This document shows, one piece after another, positions 63,343 to 64,000 of a stretch of 64,000 nt of DNA; position 1 is the first letter of the stretch; each line of letters opens with the position of its first letter. Under the pieces are notes generated by a model. That model worked only from the letters and a program-made list of their open reading frames with translations. It was not told where the DNA came from and ran no database searches. The position numbers were made by a program, and so were the translations under genes. The stretch is from a virus, in the IMG/VR virus record IMGVR_UViG_3300017766_005733, positions 1 through 64,000 of that record; one strand, given 5' to 3'.

Positions 63343-63388
63343 GCAACACCCTTGGGACGAAGGCGGATGGAAGATTCAGTCGATGACG

Positions 63389-64000
63389 TCAGCCCAATGA
63401 CATGAAAAAGCGGCCTTTTCTCACGGGCTTAGTGGGATCAAGACTCAGGCTGACGCCAACGTGATCTGCAATCTGCTGGCGATGCACATCGGTGACGACC
63501 GGCGATCGGCCTCCCGGAGTCTTGTTGGCCTCTGGCGCCAGAACGGTGGTCTTTCCCTTCCGGAAACGGTTCATCAGACCATAGCGTAGGGCATCGCATG
63601 CGTCGTCGTCGGCCTCGTCGGGGACGTTCGTCGGATTGCCGGCGGCGTCAACGGTCCAGTGATACTTGGAGAGGCAGCCGAACACCCAGTCGACCATCGA
63701 GTCTTCTGACAAAAAGTACAACAATGGGTCGCCGATAAGGGGTCGGATCATCCAACGAATGATTTCGATGCCCATGAGCACCGAGCCCGGCCCCTTGCTC
63801 CACTTCCTCATGTTCCAGCCGGCGTCCTTGAACTCCTTGACGCCCTGCGGGTTCTCGGGGTCGGCGTAGACCTCGGAGTTGTAGCGCCCCAACTTGGCGT
63901 TACAGAGAGCGATCTGCTGGTTGGTCAGGATCTCGGACTGCGCCACGGCGTCGATAACGAAAGCGCGACGACCGTCGACGGCGACAGTGATGGCGACGAA
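63389..64000 (-). CDS. terL: Terminase large subunit, C-terminal nuclease domain (partial)
   Basis: YADP, K....GI, Y.W...P...DDDACDALRY RNase H-like motifs; frame appears open to the window edge; upstream of the portal. Confidence 0.85.
   Translation of the reverse strand, partial: FVAITVAVDGRRAFVIDAVAQSEILTNQQIALCNAKLGRYNSEVYADPENPQGVKEFKDAGWNMRKWSKGPGSVLMGIEIIRWMIRPLIGDPLLYFLSEDSMVDWVFGCLSKYHWTVDAAGNPTNVPDEADDDACDALRYGLMNRFRKGKTTVLAPEANKTPGGRSPVVTDVHRQQIADHVGVSLSLDPTKPVRKGRFFMSLG

Noticed and set aside
1-64000. CRISPR array, tRNA or rRNA genes
   Set aside because: No regularly spaced short repeats or cloverleaf with a T-loop consensus seen by eye, and intergenic gaps are very short. A tRNAscan/Infernal run would be needed to exclude them fully.
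1-64000. Stop-codon reassignment
   Set aside because: Core genes (portal, MCP, sheath, thyX) are full length in the standard code and end at TGA/TAA/TAG with normal coupling to neighbours.
1-64000. Host assignment or prophage status
   Set aside because: No integrase, att site or host genes in the window; high GC and leaderless promoters are not enough to name a host.

Overview
The whole window is a GC-rich segment of a large contractile-tailed (myovirus-like) phage genome; no host housekeeping genes, rRNA, tRNA or CRISPR array are visible. The minus strand carries the virion module, read right to left: terminase large subunit C-terminus, portal, MuF-like minor head protein, prohead protease, scaffold, major capsid protein (MCP), neck proteins, two long repeat-built fibre proteins, tail sheath, tail tube, a tail-chaperone pair with a probable -1 frameshift, and the start of a probable tape measure gene. 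It is interrupted by a nucleotide-metabolism/homing-endonuclease block (thyX, 5'(3')-deoxyribonucleotidase, Hef-like nuclease) and by plus-strand islands of small early-type genes under TTGAC(A/G) sigma70-type promoters, most apparently producing leaderless mRNAs. The most striking signal is a set of about 8 head-module polyproteins whose enzyme domains are strung together on a recurring [L/M/I]-x-K-[A/S/M/G] linker that also marks the MCP and scaffold. The domains include Nudix, ADP-ribosyltransferase-like, papain-like, lysozyme-like, several GNATs, HExxH peptidases, two PI3/4-kinase/HipA-like kinases, an HhH-GPD glycosylase-like domain, ParB-like, GGDEF, a degenerate mCpol-like domain and a T3-type SAM-lyase-like domain. 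I infer a capsid-packaged, protease-released effector arsenal. All domain calls come from motifs recognised by eye, not from database searches.
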